Origin: a virus
Lineage: Duplodnaviria; Caudoviricetes
Direction: 5' to 3' (one strand)
Length of the DNA: 64,000 bases
IMG/VR virus record: IMGVR_UViG_3300005076_000002
Coordinates: 155,690-219,689 of that record
Shown: positions 1 through 9,511 of the stretch, piece after piece
Position numbering within the stretch: the first letter of the stretch is position 1
Layout of the letters: every line of letters begins with the position of its first letter
Notes under the pieces: model-generated
The model's database searches: none
Seen by the model: the letters and a program-made list of their open reading frames with translations, nothing else
What the model was told of the DNA's origin: nothing
Position numbers and translations under genes: made by a program

Positions 1-32
1 AATCGCCTATCTCAATAACCTAGAAGGAAAGA

Positions 33-350
33 ATGATGGCACAGCCTAAGCGCGCGTTTAACTACCTGTATCGTTACGACTTCACCAAACATGCTGAGTT
101 CCTCAAGAGCCAGCCTGTTGGCGAACAGCCGTCCGACGAGCTGGTAGCATTGCTCAAAGAAACCACTGGCGATGACTGGAACAAGACTTCTCTGGAAGGC
201 TTCTCCCTGGTCGACGCAGTTGTCGAGTACAACGGTCTGAATGACAAGACTTATAAGCTGACCAACAGCCGCTATAAGCACATCCTGACCATCAAACTCG
301 GTAGCACCTGCACCGAACTGCGTGATCGGATGTATTTCCATTACAACTGA
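33..350 (+). CDS. Putative virion protein resembling only the C-terminal module of the neighbouring paralog family
   Basis: Has YRYDFT and terminal YFHYN motifs like the paralogs (xDFT/S ... YxxYN). GAAGGA RBS upstream. Overlaps the end of an upstream frame that stops at 49. Confidence 0.55.
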   Translation: MMAQPKRAFNYLYRYDFTKHAEFLKSQPVGEQPSDELVALLKETTGDDWNKTSLEGFSLVDAVVEYNGLNDKTYKLTNSRYKHILTIKLGSTCTELRDRMYFHYN

Positions 351-381
351 TTAACGGTTGCCAATCGTCTTTGATACCAAC

Positions 382-418
382 GTTAGTAGCTGGCGCATGC
401 CAGCTACTAACTATTTTT
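382..418 (+). terminator. Intrinsic terminator
   Basis: 13-bp stem GTTAGTAGCTGGC-gcat-GCCAGCTACTAAC followed by a T-rich tract. Confidence 0.8.
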
Positions 419-431
419 AAAGGAGCACAAA

Positions 432-1436
432 ATGTTAACCGGTTCCACTAATCCCATCGATGACATCATTGCGATGGTAGCGACTGCTAACGGGAAACCC
501 GAGCTCAAGCCCGGCATGCTTATTCCGTACAAGCTTGCCATTGCTTCCGACCCGACCGATGGTAATACGGTAATTAGCGTATATGGTAACCCCGACGCCG
601 GCATCCAGGGAGCTATGCAGCTAAAGTATGATCGTCAAGAACTTACTCGTATTTATAACGAGTACGGCGACGTCACACGTAAGCCCGCAATTTCACTGTC
701 TGGCCAGCCGGGTGGGAAAGTAAAGTTTTTTTCACTTCTGCCCCAAATTAAAGCAGCTCTGGGCGTAGAGATTATTACCGACGGCAGTTGGGCCGATGCT
801 GGGGATTTTGACATCACAATCCCCAATAAAGATCAATACCAGGAGTTCGCGATTGTTATTGCTGCGAATAGCTTGCAATACGTGCCTGGTAAAAACCCAG
901 TATTGCGTTTGCTTAATACTGGGATAACCATTGGTACGGTTGCCATTGATCGTGTCCTTGAACCGTATCTGCGCGCAAACCGTACGCTTGTGTTGAATGG
1001 TCCAGCCTACAACGTAGACACTGAACAACGTCTGATACCTGCAATAGTTTTACGTAGCCATGACTTCACTAACGTGTGTCTGCGGCCGCTTGGCGAAATC
1101 CTCCGTCGTCACGACTTCTATGTCGCTAACCGTAACTGGACAAACTGGTACTTCCAAGACGCCTTCGTTGATAAGGTCAACGCAGCGCTGGCAGAGATTA
1201 CCGGTGTTCCTGGTAACATGCCGAAGGGACAAGTCTTACGTTCTTGGGGTCCGGATCTTTATTACGATAACTTTACCCATGAAAAGGTCTGGGCAACGGT
1301 TGCAAAGGTAGCCACCGCATACAGTATCGAGAACGTTAACCGCAATATGTTTACGCATGCTTTGACGGTTAATATTCCCAACGCCGCCGGTTTCCTTGGC
1401 ACGCAATTGTATCTACCCTATAACCAGTTCAGCTGA
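432..1436 (+). CDS. Putative virion structural/tail-associated protein, paralog 1
   Basis: AAGGAG RBS. Shares G..(L/I).YDR.(D/E)L, HDFT and terminal LYLPYN motifs with the other family members. Confidence 0.65.
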   Translation: MLTGSTNPIDDIIAMVATANGKPELKPGMLIPYKLAIASDPTDGNTVISVYGNPDAGIQGAMQLKYDRQELTRIYNEYGDVTRKPAISLSGQPGGKVKFFSLLPQIKAALGVEIITDGSWADAGDFDITIPNKDQYQEFAIVIAANSLQYVPGKNPVLRLLNTGITIGTVAIDRVLEPYLRANRTLVLNGPAYNVDTEQRLIPAIVLRSHDFTNVCLRPLGEILRRHDFYVANRNWTNWYFQDAFVDKVNAALAEITGVPGNMPKGQVLRSWGPDLYYDNFTHEKVWATVAKVATAYSIENVNRNMFTHALTVNIPNAAGFLGTQLYLPYNQFS

Positions 1437-1481
1437 TGAACTTAAGTTGGGGAGATCAAACATCATCATAGGGAGCTATGT

Positions 1482-2552
1482 ATGCAAACGATTGACAACC
1501 TGCTCCAGGAAGATGACCCGGTAGATATGGTGCTGGCTGAGCTTTTTAGTCAGCATCCTAATCTGGCCACCTTTCCAGCAGGTACTTTTACGGTTAGTAA
1601 AATCAAACCGTACGCGGGCTCTCGTAACACGGAGGCTGTGATTACAGCCTCCGTAGTCGCCGGCATTAAAGGTAAGACATCGATCTTTTATGACCGTGCT
1701 GACCTTGGGCGCGTTTTTAACAGCTTTGGCGATACTACTATCATTCCTGCTGTTTACATTGCTGCTGATGTTGGCAGTGTACTCTCCGTCAATGACATCC
1801 TCGACCAGCTGAACAATGCTCTGGGGATTAAGCTTAAGACCACCGGCAGCTTTTTAGACGTTACGTCTTTCAATTTTACTGCGGCTGCCAAAGGCGACAT
1901 GACGGTCATTCAGCTCAGTGGTAAAGCTGGTACCGCTGATGGGACACCGCCGGTATCTGCGCGTATATTGCCAGGCAAACCGATTCGGCTGGAAATCCAC
2001 AACCGTGGTAGTCACATCAACAAGAAAGCGATCAATCGCAGTATCACTCCGTTTATCAAGACGGATGGTAGCCTTAATTGGGGCGGGGAAACTATCTATG
2101 TGGCCGCCCCGAAGAAATCGCTACTTCTTGCACTGCGCACTACTGACTTTAGCGACATCTTCAACAGTATGTCGTCAGGGTCATGGCTGTATTATGCAGG
2201 CTATGGTTTCTCGGTTCATAAGTGGCTGTTCAATGCGGAGCTTAGCGCCGCTATCAAAGCACGCTGCGTAGAACTCGACATTCCGGTAATTGACTTCTCA
2301 GTGGCGCAGCAAACTGGCCGGGCTGCGACTGGTCAGGCACAAATGGAAGGGTTGGTATTTAGGCTTACTAGCAACTATCCGGGCGATACTGCCGTAAGTC
2401 GTAGATATACCAAAGCTGTTACACTGGGTGACTCGTTTACTGCAATCAGCTCCCCAGTAGGTCAGACTGCCATAGTTAAGCCTAGCATCGAGGCTCGCCT
2501 TGACTGGGCTACTGACTTTAACAACTATCCGATCCACTTCAACACGGTCTAA
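1482..2552 (+). CDS. Putative virion structural/tail-associated protein, paralog 2
   Basis: GSRNT, FYDRADLG, ITPFIKTDGSLNW, TDFSD and terminal YPIHFN motifs. Confidence 0.65.
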   Translation: MQTIDNLLQEDDPVDMVLAELFSQHPNLATFPAGTFTVSKIKPYAGSRNTEAVITASVVAGIKGKTSIFYDRADLGRVFNSFGDTTIIPAVYIAADVGSVLSVNDILDQLNNALGIKLKTTGSFLDVTSFNFTAAAKGDMTVIQLSGKAGTADGTPPVSARILPGKPIRLEIHNRGSHINKKAINRSITPFIKTDGSLNWGGETIYVAAPKKSLLLALRTTDFSDIFNSMSSGSWLYYAGYGFSVHKWLFNAELSAAIKARCVELDIPVIDFSVAQQTGRAATGQAQMEGLVFRLTSNYPGDTAVSRRYTKAVTLGDSFTAISSPVGQTAIVKPSIEARLDWATDFNNYPIHFNTV

Positions 2553-2562
2553 GGTGTAAGCC

Positions 2563-3669
2563 ATGGCTAATGTAAAAAGCATCTTTGAGGAAGCCACGCC
2601 GCTGGACGCTGTGTGGAACGCAATCATTGAAAAGAACCCAGATCTTGCAAAGTATGGTAAGAATGCATTTACCGTACTGAAGATCTTCCCAGCTACCGGG
2701 AGCCGCAATACCGAAGTGCGTATGGTTGGTAATGGTAACGTAGGCATTGAGGGGATTATATCCGCGTTCTATGATCGTGCTGACCTCGGTAAATTAAATA
2801 AAACCTTTGGGGCACGGAAGCCTACGATTAACGTCGCTATGGCCCAAGGGACCGTCCTGACGTATGCAAGCCTCCTCCCGCAAATCAACGCCCTCTTGGG
2901 TTACAACCTGACGCTGGATGGCAAGTGGCCCGACATTCAGGCCGGTTCAGTGACGGTCCCTGCTCGCGGTGGGAAGGTTTCCTTTACACTGCAAAGCGTA
3001 CCATCTGCCAGTGGCGGGTTCTATCCGGCATCGGCGAGGACGCTGCCAGGTACGTCGCTGTCAATTGACCTGGTAAACCGTGGCCAGACTATCAATAATG
3101 GCGCCTCTAACCGTTCGATCAATCCGTTTGTTAAGGCTGACGGTAACTTGAACTGGACGGGCGAGACCGTCTCTGCCGATAAGACCAAGACCCTGAAGTC
3201 GTTACTGGTTAAAATTTACAACGTCGACTTCTCTGACCTTGTCAATGAAGTTACTGAGCGTAGTAATATTTATCAGTGGGGTCTTGCGCCGGACCGCACG
3301 CACTGGATTTGGTACATTCGTCAGGCGCTGGCCGACGGTATCAAGAAACGTTGCCAGGATTTGGATATACCGATTATTGATATTGGTAACCCGGCCAAGC
3401 AATCCGGATGGTCTTTGGAATTGGAGCCCCAGCTCCCAACGCACGCCTATAAATTCTACGACAGCATTTTTAGGACGGTGTCTTCGTTGGGCGCAGTGCC
3501 TTGGGCAAACCCTAGATTTACAAAATGTATCTTGACCGCAGACTCGTTCAAGAACATCTACGGTTTCCCAGTCGCAAGTTATTATCTGCCCACTCCAGGC
3601 AAGGTAGAAGCAAAGGAAGGCTGGGCTACTAGCCTGGCTAACTATCCGATCAACTACAACCTGCCGTAA
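2563..3669 (+). CDS. Putative virion structural/tail-associated protein, paralog 3
   Basis: GSRNT, FYDRADLG, INPFVKADGNLNW, VDFSD and terminal YPINYN motifs. Confidence 0.65.
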   Translation: MANVKSIFEEATPLDAVWNAIIEKNPDLAKYGKNAFTVLKIFPATGSRNTEVRMVGNGNVGIEGIISAFYDRADLGKLNKTFGARKPTINVAMAQGTVLTYASLLPQINALLGYNLTLDGKWPDIQAGSVTVPARGGKVSFTLQSVPSASGGFYPASARTLPGTSLSIDLVNRGQTINNGASNRSINPFVKADGNLNWTGETVSADKTKTLKSLLVKIYNVDFSDLVNEVTERSNIYQWGLAPDRTHWIWYIRQALADGIKKRCQDLDIPIIDIGNPAKQSGWSLELEPQLPTHAYKFYDSIFRTVSSLGAVPWANPRFTKCILTADSFKNIYGFPVASYYLPTPGKVEAKEGWATSLANYPINYNLP

Positions 3670-3674
3670 TGAAT

Positions 3675-3706
3675 GGGAGAGGCTACGGCCTCTCCTCTTT
3701 TATGCC
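3675..3706 (+). terminator. Intrinsic terminator with TTTTATGCC tail
   Basis: GGAGAGGC-tacg-GCCTCTCC then TCTTTTATGCC. Confidence 0.8.
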
Positions 3707-3735
3707 GTGATCTTATGTAACATAAGGAGAGAGCA

Positions 3736-4815
3736 ATGAAAATCCCCCTATCGAACGTCGAGCCTCTGGCCGAGATCATGGCTATGCTCAAGGAAGAAAA
3801 CCCGCTGCTTGATACGTCAGCGATATCTGCTTACAAGATGACCGCTGGTACTTCGCGCAATACCACACTGTATCTGATAGGCTCTAGTATAGCCGGTATT
3901 GCTGGTCGCCTGACAGTCGATTACGATCGACTGAATCCGGCTGACGTATTCAGTAAGTTTGGCGACCTTACCAAACATCGACCCCTGCGTCTTTACGGCG
4001 TCCCTGGTACCACGATTAAGATCAGTGACGTGTTGGATCAGATCAACGATCTGCTCGGCATCAAACTGACCATGACCGGCCAGTTCCGCGATATCATCGA
4101 TAGTACATTTGTCCTTCCGGCTAAGAACTCTTCGATCGTTGTGGATATCCTGCCGTACGTTTCAGCTACCGGCCAGCTCCCGCTGAACCTTCGTATTATG
4201 CCGACAGCAAAACTGTCGCTTAATGTCAAGAGCGGCGGTAGTCAACTGGTGGGTCTCAACAAAGTGATCAACCCGTTTGTTAAAGCGGATAAGACCATCA
4301 ACTGGACACTGTCTCCACGCCCAGTGTCGGAAATGTCTGCTTCTCGCGACCTGCTTTTGTACCAGCAGGACTTCACCGAGTTCTTTGGTAATACTGCACT
4401 CATCCGCTCATGCACTAACGGTGCGGCTGGCGTCGCCCTTCAGCGTAGTCTGTTCGGCTATACATTCAACGATGCCCTCGTTGATAAGCTGAACGTGATT
4501 TTCAACATGCTCGGCGTCACCCCGCTAGTTAAAGGACAAATCCATTTTGCTCATAAACTCTCCTCGACCAGTCTTCTGGATGTGTCCGGTACTGTAGGCA
4601 ATGGCCGGGGGCCAGTCTGGGGCGCTGCCTCGTATTTTGTAACCACTAGCGAATATACTCGCGTTCCACCGGCCCATGTCAGTCCAGACTTCGACCGTGT
4701 ATTCAAGGTTATACCGCCCGGATACGCTGCCGGCAAGTCTCCTGACGACCAGCCGGTCTTTGACACCCTGCCAGAAGCAGAGAGGCTCATCTACTTGCCG
4801 TTTAACTTATTGTAA
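3736..4815 (+). CDS. Putative virion structural/tail-associated protein, paralog 4
   Basis: AAGGAG RBS. YDRLNP, INPFVKADKTINWT, QDFTE and terminal YLPFN motifs. Confidence 0.65.
   Translation: MKIPLSNVEPLAEIMAMLKEENPLLDTSAISAYKMTAGTSRNTTLYLIGSSIAGIAGRLTVDYDRLNPADVFSKFGDLTKHRPLRLYGVPGTTIKISDVLDQINDLLGIKLTMTGQFRDIIDSTFVLPAKNSSIVVDILPYVSATGQLPLNLRIMPTAKLSLNVKSGGSQLVGLNKVINPFVKADKTINWTLSPRPVSEMSASRDLLLYQQDFTEFFGNTALIRSCTNGAAGVALQRSLFGYTFNDALVDKLNVIFNMLGVTPLVKGQIHFAHKLSSTSLLDVSGTVGNGRGPVWGAASYFVTTSEYTRVPPAHVSPDFDRVFKVIPPGYAAGKSPDDQPVFDTLPEAERLIYLPFNLL
4273..4307 (+). repeat. 35-bp direct repeat, copy 1 (copy 2 at 5372-5406)
   Basis: CCGTTTGTTAAAGCGGATAAGACCATCAACTGGAC is identical in paralogs 4 and 5. 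Confidence 0.9.
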
Positions 4816-4834
4816 TTGATTAGGGGAATATCTG

Positions 4835-5926
4835 ATGCAATTGCCACTGATTAACCCGGACCCGTGGGCGGAGATCAGGGAGATGCTGATTGCCGCGAAT
4901 CCAAAGATGGATTTAAACTCGGCTAAGCCTTTCCGAATCGTTGCCGGTACGGGTCGAAATACCAGACTGTTTTTGGTTGGCAATGCGGTCTTAGGTTTGG
5001 CTGGTAAAGTCTATATTGAATATGACCGCCTTAATCCGGCGGCCATCTTCAGTAAATTTGGTGATCTCACCAAACATCGCCCGATAAGACTCAATGGTCT
5101 TCCAGGTACCGCAATGAAGATAAGCGATATCCTTACGCAGATTAATGCCTTGCTCGGCGTTAATCTCAAGATGGATGGCGACTATCGCGATATCGTAGAC
5201 GGTGGCTTTACGTTACCGGCAAAGAATGCAGTTATCACGTTGGATATTATCCCATACGTATCGCCCACCGGCGAACTGCCGCTTAACCTTCGTATTGCAC
5301 CCAATACCAAACTGTCGCTTAATCTGACGAATGGCGGTTCGCAGATTAAGCTTACGGATAAGGGTTTGAATCCGTTTGTTAAAGCGGATAAGACCATCAA
5401 CTGGACTCTGGCTCCGCGCCAGATAACTGACCTTAGCATGTCTCGTGACCTGGCACTGTATAACCTCGACTTTAGTGATTTGTTCGGTAGTAACGGACTA
5501 CTCACTAACAGCTGTGAACCGACTCCGGTAACTCTGCAAGGTTACTATCAGTACGGTTATCGTTTCAGGCCTGAAGTTCTCGAACAGATCAACAATAAGC
5601 TGGCCAGCGTTGGTGTTGCCCCCCTCACCCCGAACCGCGTGCATTTCGTATATACCTATGCTACGCCCAACATCCTACTTACTGGCGACCATGTCTATGG
5701 TCAAGGTCGGACGTGGGCGTATACTAGCTCTTATATGGTCAGCACGCCTGGCGGCAGTATCGCCACTCGAGCGACGCCTCGCCACATTAACAAGAAGTTT
5801 AGTCGAGTATTTAAGGTCATTCCTAACGGTTGGCCTGCCGGGGTCTCTTATGATGACTCGTCTGTCAGTTTTGATATACTGCCCGAGGCACAGCGGTTGC
5901 TGTATTTGCATTACGATCCGCTCTAA
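4835..5926 (+). CDS. Putative virion structural/tail-associated protein, paralog 5 (closest to paralog 4)
   Basis: FSKFGDLTKHRP and NPFVKADKTINWTL are identical to paralog 4; the C-terminal half diverges. Confidence 0.65.
   Translation: MQLPLINPDPWAEIREMLIAANPKMDLNSAKPFRIVAGTGRNTRLFLVGNAVLGLAGKVYIEYDRLNPAAIFSKFGDLTKHRPIRLNGLPGTAMKISDILTQINALLGVNLKMDGDYRDIVDGGFTLPAKNAVITLDIIPYVSPTGELPLNLRIAPNTKLSLNLTNGGSQIKLTDKGLNPFVKADKTINWTLAPRQITDLSMSRDLALYNLDFSDLFGSNGLLTNSCEPTPVTLQGYYQYGYRFRPEVLEQINNKLASVGVAPLTPNRVHFVYTYATPNILLTGDHVYGQGRTWAYTSSYMVSTPGGSIATRATPRHINKKFSRVFKVIPNGWPAGVSYDDSSVSFDILPEAQRLLYLHYDPL
5372..5406 (+). repeat. 35-bp direct repeat, copy 2
   Basis: Identical to 4273-4307. Confidence 0.9.
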
Positions 5927-6007
5927 TTCGTGCAGGTATATTATGTAGTAGTGTTAGCAAAATCGCACTGCTGAACGTCCGAATCCACCCACCAGAGGTC
6001 TAACTTC

Positions 6008-6538
6008 ATGGCACGTTACATTCTCGACATGACCAAAAACGACCAGCAGTCTTTCATCGAGCTGGTCAACAACGACAACGCCGCCACCATCGGCGAAGCC
6101 CTGACCCTCGAAGGCGTCAACCTGGTTAACGAGCGCCCCGTGCTCGAAGCCGAAGGCATTCCCCGTCAGTTCGCGCTGTTCTTCAACAAAGTCAAGCTGG
6201 AAGACGTGGTCACCATGTCCTCCGAAGCTGGTGACTTCAACTGGTACGACCCCGATACCTGGGAAGATGCTACCTCCCCGGCTCAAGCGGTCACCGCGTT
6301 CAAGGCTGCCGCTGTCCGCGCTGGCATGGACCCGGAAGCGATCCTGCACGACGTCGTTGCTACCCGCGAGTACGACAACGAGCTGAACCGCTACTACCTG
6401 GTCATCGCGACCACCAGTATGGTCTTCCATACCGGTGCCAAGTTCCAGATGCCGAAGCACTTCAGCGAAACCGTGACCGTCACTGAGCTGAACGGCTTCA
6501 TCTACGAGCCGATCAAGCCGGAAGATGTAGTTGCCTAA
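6008..6538 (+). CDS. Putative virion structural protein (acidic, highly expressed codon usage)
   Basis: GAGGT RBS; strong CTG/ACC/GAA codon bias; lies in the structural cluster. Confidence 0.6.
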   Translation: MARYILDMTKNDQQSFIELVNNDNAATIGEALTLEGVNLVNERPVLEAEGIPRQFALFFNKVKLEDVVTMSSEAGDFNWYDPDTWEDATSPAQAVTAFKAAAVRAGMDPEAILHDVVATREYDNELNRYYLVIATTSMVFHTGAKFQMPKHFSETVTVTELNGFIYEPIKPEDVVA

Positions 6539-6596
6539 TTGATGCCTAACAGCGTCGGTTAGTTCTCCATTTCTCCTTTACAAGGTATCAAAGACC

Positions 6597-7187
6597 ATGG
6601 CACATATCGTTGATAAAACCAAAACTCCTCTCCAGATGCTGCTGTCTCAGATCAACGCGGACAACAACTTCAGTCTGACTGAAGCCGACGTTGCCCTGCG
6701 CAATCTGACTGCCCTGGAAACCACCGTACCGAAAGAAGTCGTCCTGGACTCCGGTCCGGTGACCATCCAGCTGGATACCACCGTCGAAATCGATCTGTTG
6801 ACCGATGAAGTGGTTGACGACTTCGTTACCTTCACCTACCGCCGTGTAAACCTGGCTGATTACTTCAGCCTGGTGACCCCGGAAGTTCGTGTCGTTGACG
6901 TAGAGCTGGACGAAGCCGGTGCCCCGGTCGATCAGGACGCCCTGTTCGCCGAGATCCTGCGCAAGTACAAGATCGCTGCTACTGCCGCTGACTTCGACAT
7001 CTCCGTACCGGAAGGTGGCAAGCTGCGCATGGCTGCCAAGGCCTCCAACCTGGGCTATACCGGTCAGTTCGACATCACCGTACAAGACAGCCTGGCTGGC
7101 CGTCTCCTGGTGAAACTGCTGGACGGCTTCTACAAGCCTGAAGTAGCTCCGGCTGCTCCTGAGAACGTAGAAGGTCAAGTGGCCTAA
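6597..7187 (+). CDS. Putative virion structural protein (phiKZ-like TFTYRRVNL domain)
   Basis: LLSQINADN...VTFTYRRVNL...LGYTG pattern resembles jumbo-phage tail/baseplate proteins and the N-domain of the paralogs; strong codon bias. Confidence 0.6.
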   Translation: MAHIVDKTKTPLQMLLSQINADNNFSLTEADVALRNLTALETTVPKEVVLDSGPVTIQLDTTVEIDLLTDEVVDDFVTFTYRRVNLADYFSLVTPEVRVVDVELDEAGAPVDQDALFAEILRKYKIAATAADFDISVPEGGKLRMAAKASNLGYTGQFDITVQDSLAGRLLVKLLDGFYKPEVAPAAPENVEGQVA

Positions 7188-7208
7188 TAGGTCGCTGAAA
7201 TGAACGAT

Positions 7209-7240
7209 CCCTAGCACGGCAATGCCGTGCTAGGGTTTTA
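7209..7240 (+). terminator. Intrinsic terminator
   Basis: CCCTAGCACGGC-aat-GCCGTGCTAGGG-TTTT. Confidence 0.85.
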
Positions 7241-7256
7241 TATGTTTGGAGACATC

Positions 7257-8597
7257 ATGCAACTTAACGTAACATGGAAAAACAACGCCCCCGAGTTCCC
7301 ACATCGTGTTTATGCTACGATCAGTCGTACCGGTCAGCGTAAACGCCTTATAGAGGTGGCGCCTGGTATTGACGAAGTCAGTATCAATTTGCTTACGCTT
7401 CCTAACGGTCCTATCGAATGGCCCGCTATCATCACTGTAAGCTCCGTAAACGGCTCGGCAGAGTCTAAAGATAAATCTGCCCAGATTATTTTCAACACGC
7501 CCACAGCGCTTCCTGGAGCGTTTGCCGGCATTATGCGTACAGCTATCGCCAATCGTCCAGATGTATTGCCGGAACCTCAGATCGTCGACAGCTATACACC
7601 GTCTGAGAAGTTTGACGGCACTCGTCCCCATTTCATGATCGACGGTTATCTGTTCCAGAACGTATTGGGTAAAGGTACGTTATTTGATTCGACAATGCTC
7701 ACTGAAGTACCGACCCCTCCTCCGTACAACATGATGACAGGGAATAAGGATGGGGTAACTGTCCTGGCCAGCAACGGACAGCTTTACTACTTCGGTTTTT
7801 TTGCTAACTCGGAGACCGTATGGAAGTGGGATGGAGCTAACTTCATCGAAATCGCCAACCTTCCGGTCAAGACCAACGTAAGCTATCGCAATGTCTTCAA
7901 TGGTGCAGACGGTAAAGTGTACTGCCTCGGCGGCTATGGTTGCGTTAAGAACGGCAAATTCCAGTACGTGGTATTCGATCCTAAAACCAATACGCTGGAA
8001 GTGCGGCAGGAGACCAGTAAGAACTACATCAGTGACGGCAGTTCTTTCAAGGGCGGGATCGATTACAACGGCGTGATTGTTTATATTGACACCACGTTCC
8101 GCTACGTCATCACTATCGATACACGCACTGGTCTGGTCTCCACTGCTGACTTAGACGGTACTGTTCCAATGTCTGTCGGTGGGACCAGAAACGTCGTCGG
8201 TGGTGATGGGGTCGTTTACTTCTCCGGCAGTAATAAAGAAATCATCGCCGCAACTATCAATACCGAGACCGGGACGTTCTCCCACGTCTCGAAGGTAGCC
8301 GAGTTTAAAGAGGAGGCTGGCTACCCGTGGTGTATTGCACAAACCGTAACTGGTGAGTTAGCAATCGGCTTTACCAAAAATGGGGTTATTATCTTCTTTG
8401 ATCCTGTAACGCGCTCACAGCGCCGTATGGTGATTCCGGGAGCTTTGTGGATAACCTCTATCTTCCGTCACGATAAAGGCCTCACGGCGATTACAGACAG
8501 CGGAGCGGTCCATATCGACTTCGCATATCAGTGGTCGTTCGACCGAAGCTATGAGCAGTCTCATATTGGCTCCACTAACCACGTCGCAGCCGCCTAA
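7257..8597 (+). CDS. Putative beta-propeller protein with N-terminal Ig/FN3-like segment
   Basis: GGAG RBS before ATG 7257. Repeated blade-like motifs: NGQLYYFG, DGKVYCLGG, NGVIVYID, DGVVYFSG, TGELAIG. Confidence 0.5.
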   Translation: MQLNVTWKNNAPEFPHRVYATISRTGQRKRLIEVAPGIDEVSINLLTLPNGPIEWPAIITVSSVNGSAESKDKSAQIIFNTPTALPGAFAGIMRTAIANRPDVLPEPQIVDSYTPSEKFDGTRPHFMIDGYLFQNVLGKGTLFDSTMLTEVPTPPPYNMMTGNKDGVTVLASNGQLYYFGFFANSETVWKWDGANFIEIANLPVKTNVSYRNVFNGADGKVYCLGGYGCVKNGKFQYVVFDPKTNTLEVRQETSKNYISDGSSFKGGIDYNGVIVYIDTTFRYVITIDTRTGLVSTADLDGTVPMSVGGTRNVVGGDGVVYFSGSNKEIIAATINTETGTFSHVSKVAEFKEEAGYPWCIAQTVTGELAIGFTKNGVIIFFDPVTRSQRRMVIPGALWITSIFRHDKGLTAITDSGAVHIDFAYQWSFDRSYEQSHIGSTNHVAAA

Positions 8598-8599
8598 TT

Positions 8600-8626
8600 A
8601 GCTAGGGGGTTTCCCCCTAGCTTTTT
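8600..8626 (+). terminator. CTAGGGG-family terminator
   Basis: AGCTAGGGGG-ttt-CCCCCTAGCT-TTTT. Confidence 0.85.
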
Positions 8627-8647
8627 ATACGCCGCTAGTAAAAAAAT

Positions 8648-8671
8648 AAATAGAGGTATATTATTTAGATG
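8648..8671 (+). promoter_or_regulatory. Putative phage early promoter (24-nt motif)
   Basis: AAATAGAGGTATATTATTTAGATG; aligns ungapped with the other motif copies; intergenic, after a terminator. Confidence 0.6.
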
Positions 8672-8690
8672 ACAACCGAGGAGCATCTAA

Positions 8691-9500
8691 ATGGAAAAAT
8701 TTCTCCAACGTGTTGATCACCGTAGCCGCAACGATGCTGCTATGCTGGTCGAAGTAGTTAAGCATACCGACCGCACCCTCAAAGTGCGTGTGCTGGATTT
8801 TCATGGCGATATTAATGCGTTGATGGATGCAGAACATGTCGTGGAAGAAGTCGGTATTGCCGACTGGATGGAGTTGGCCCACACTTCTACCGAAGATGGT
8901 CGGGTCACCTATCATGAGAAAGTGATAGCCGACGAGTCGTTCCTCTTTAAATTCGTTGACTATCGTACCATCGATGCCCAGCATGTAAATAAGCTAATGG
9001 AATTGCGAAATACTTCCGTCAGCTATAGCCAGCCCAAGCTGGATGGTCAAACGCCGTGCCACTTCCTTGATGGTATCTCTGTACTGCCGGGCAACTACGT
9101 TCTGGCTACTGGCTACAACAAAGTGTGGAACGGTAATCACTTTGACCAAGCTTACGGTGAACAACTGCTTCACACCAGCCTGGGCAATAAGTCTCGTGAG
9201 AAGCTGAACGATCTGGAAGGTTACCGCCATTTCCGCAACATCAAAACGCTGGACAGCGCACTGGACCAAGCCATTCATGGCCTGGATCTCAGTTATGTTC
9301 CGGTTTGTATGGCAAACTCGGTTCCGTATATCGAGGTTGCCAGTGGTTTCATTTATATCGTGACCCCGAAGCCCCTGCTGCCGGCAGAGTCCCCTGAGTC
9401 CGCCCGTGCCATTCTAAAGCCGGGTACTTATTTCATCCCGCACGTACCACATTTCGCAGCCAAGATGATTATCAGCTCGTACATCGAGCCAAGAAACTAA
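8691..9500 (+). CDS. Hypothetical protein
   Basis: GAGGAG RBS; 269 aa. Confidence 0.8.
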   Translation: MEKFLQRVDHRSRNDAAMLVEVVKHTDRTLKVRVLDFHGDINALMDAEHVVEEVGIADWMELAHTSTEDGRVTYHEKVIADESFLFKFVDYRTIDAQHVNKLMELRNTSVSYSQPKLDGQTPCHFLDGISVLPGNYVLATGYNKVWNGNHFDQAYGEQLLHTSLGNKSREKLNDLEGYRHFRNIKTLDSALDQAIHGLDLSYVPVCMANSVPYIEVASGFIYIVTPKPLLPAESPESARAILKPGTYFIPHVPHFAAKMIISSYIEPRN

Positions 9501-9511
9501 CGGAGTAAACA

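Noticed and set aside
432-5926. Diversity-generating retroelement or shufflon acting on the paralog array
   Set aside because: No reverse transcriptase, adenine-specific template/variable repeat pair, invertase or inverted cassettes in the window
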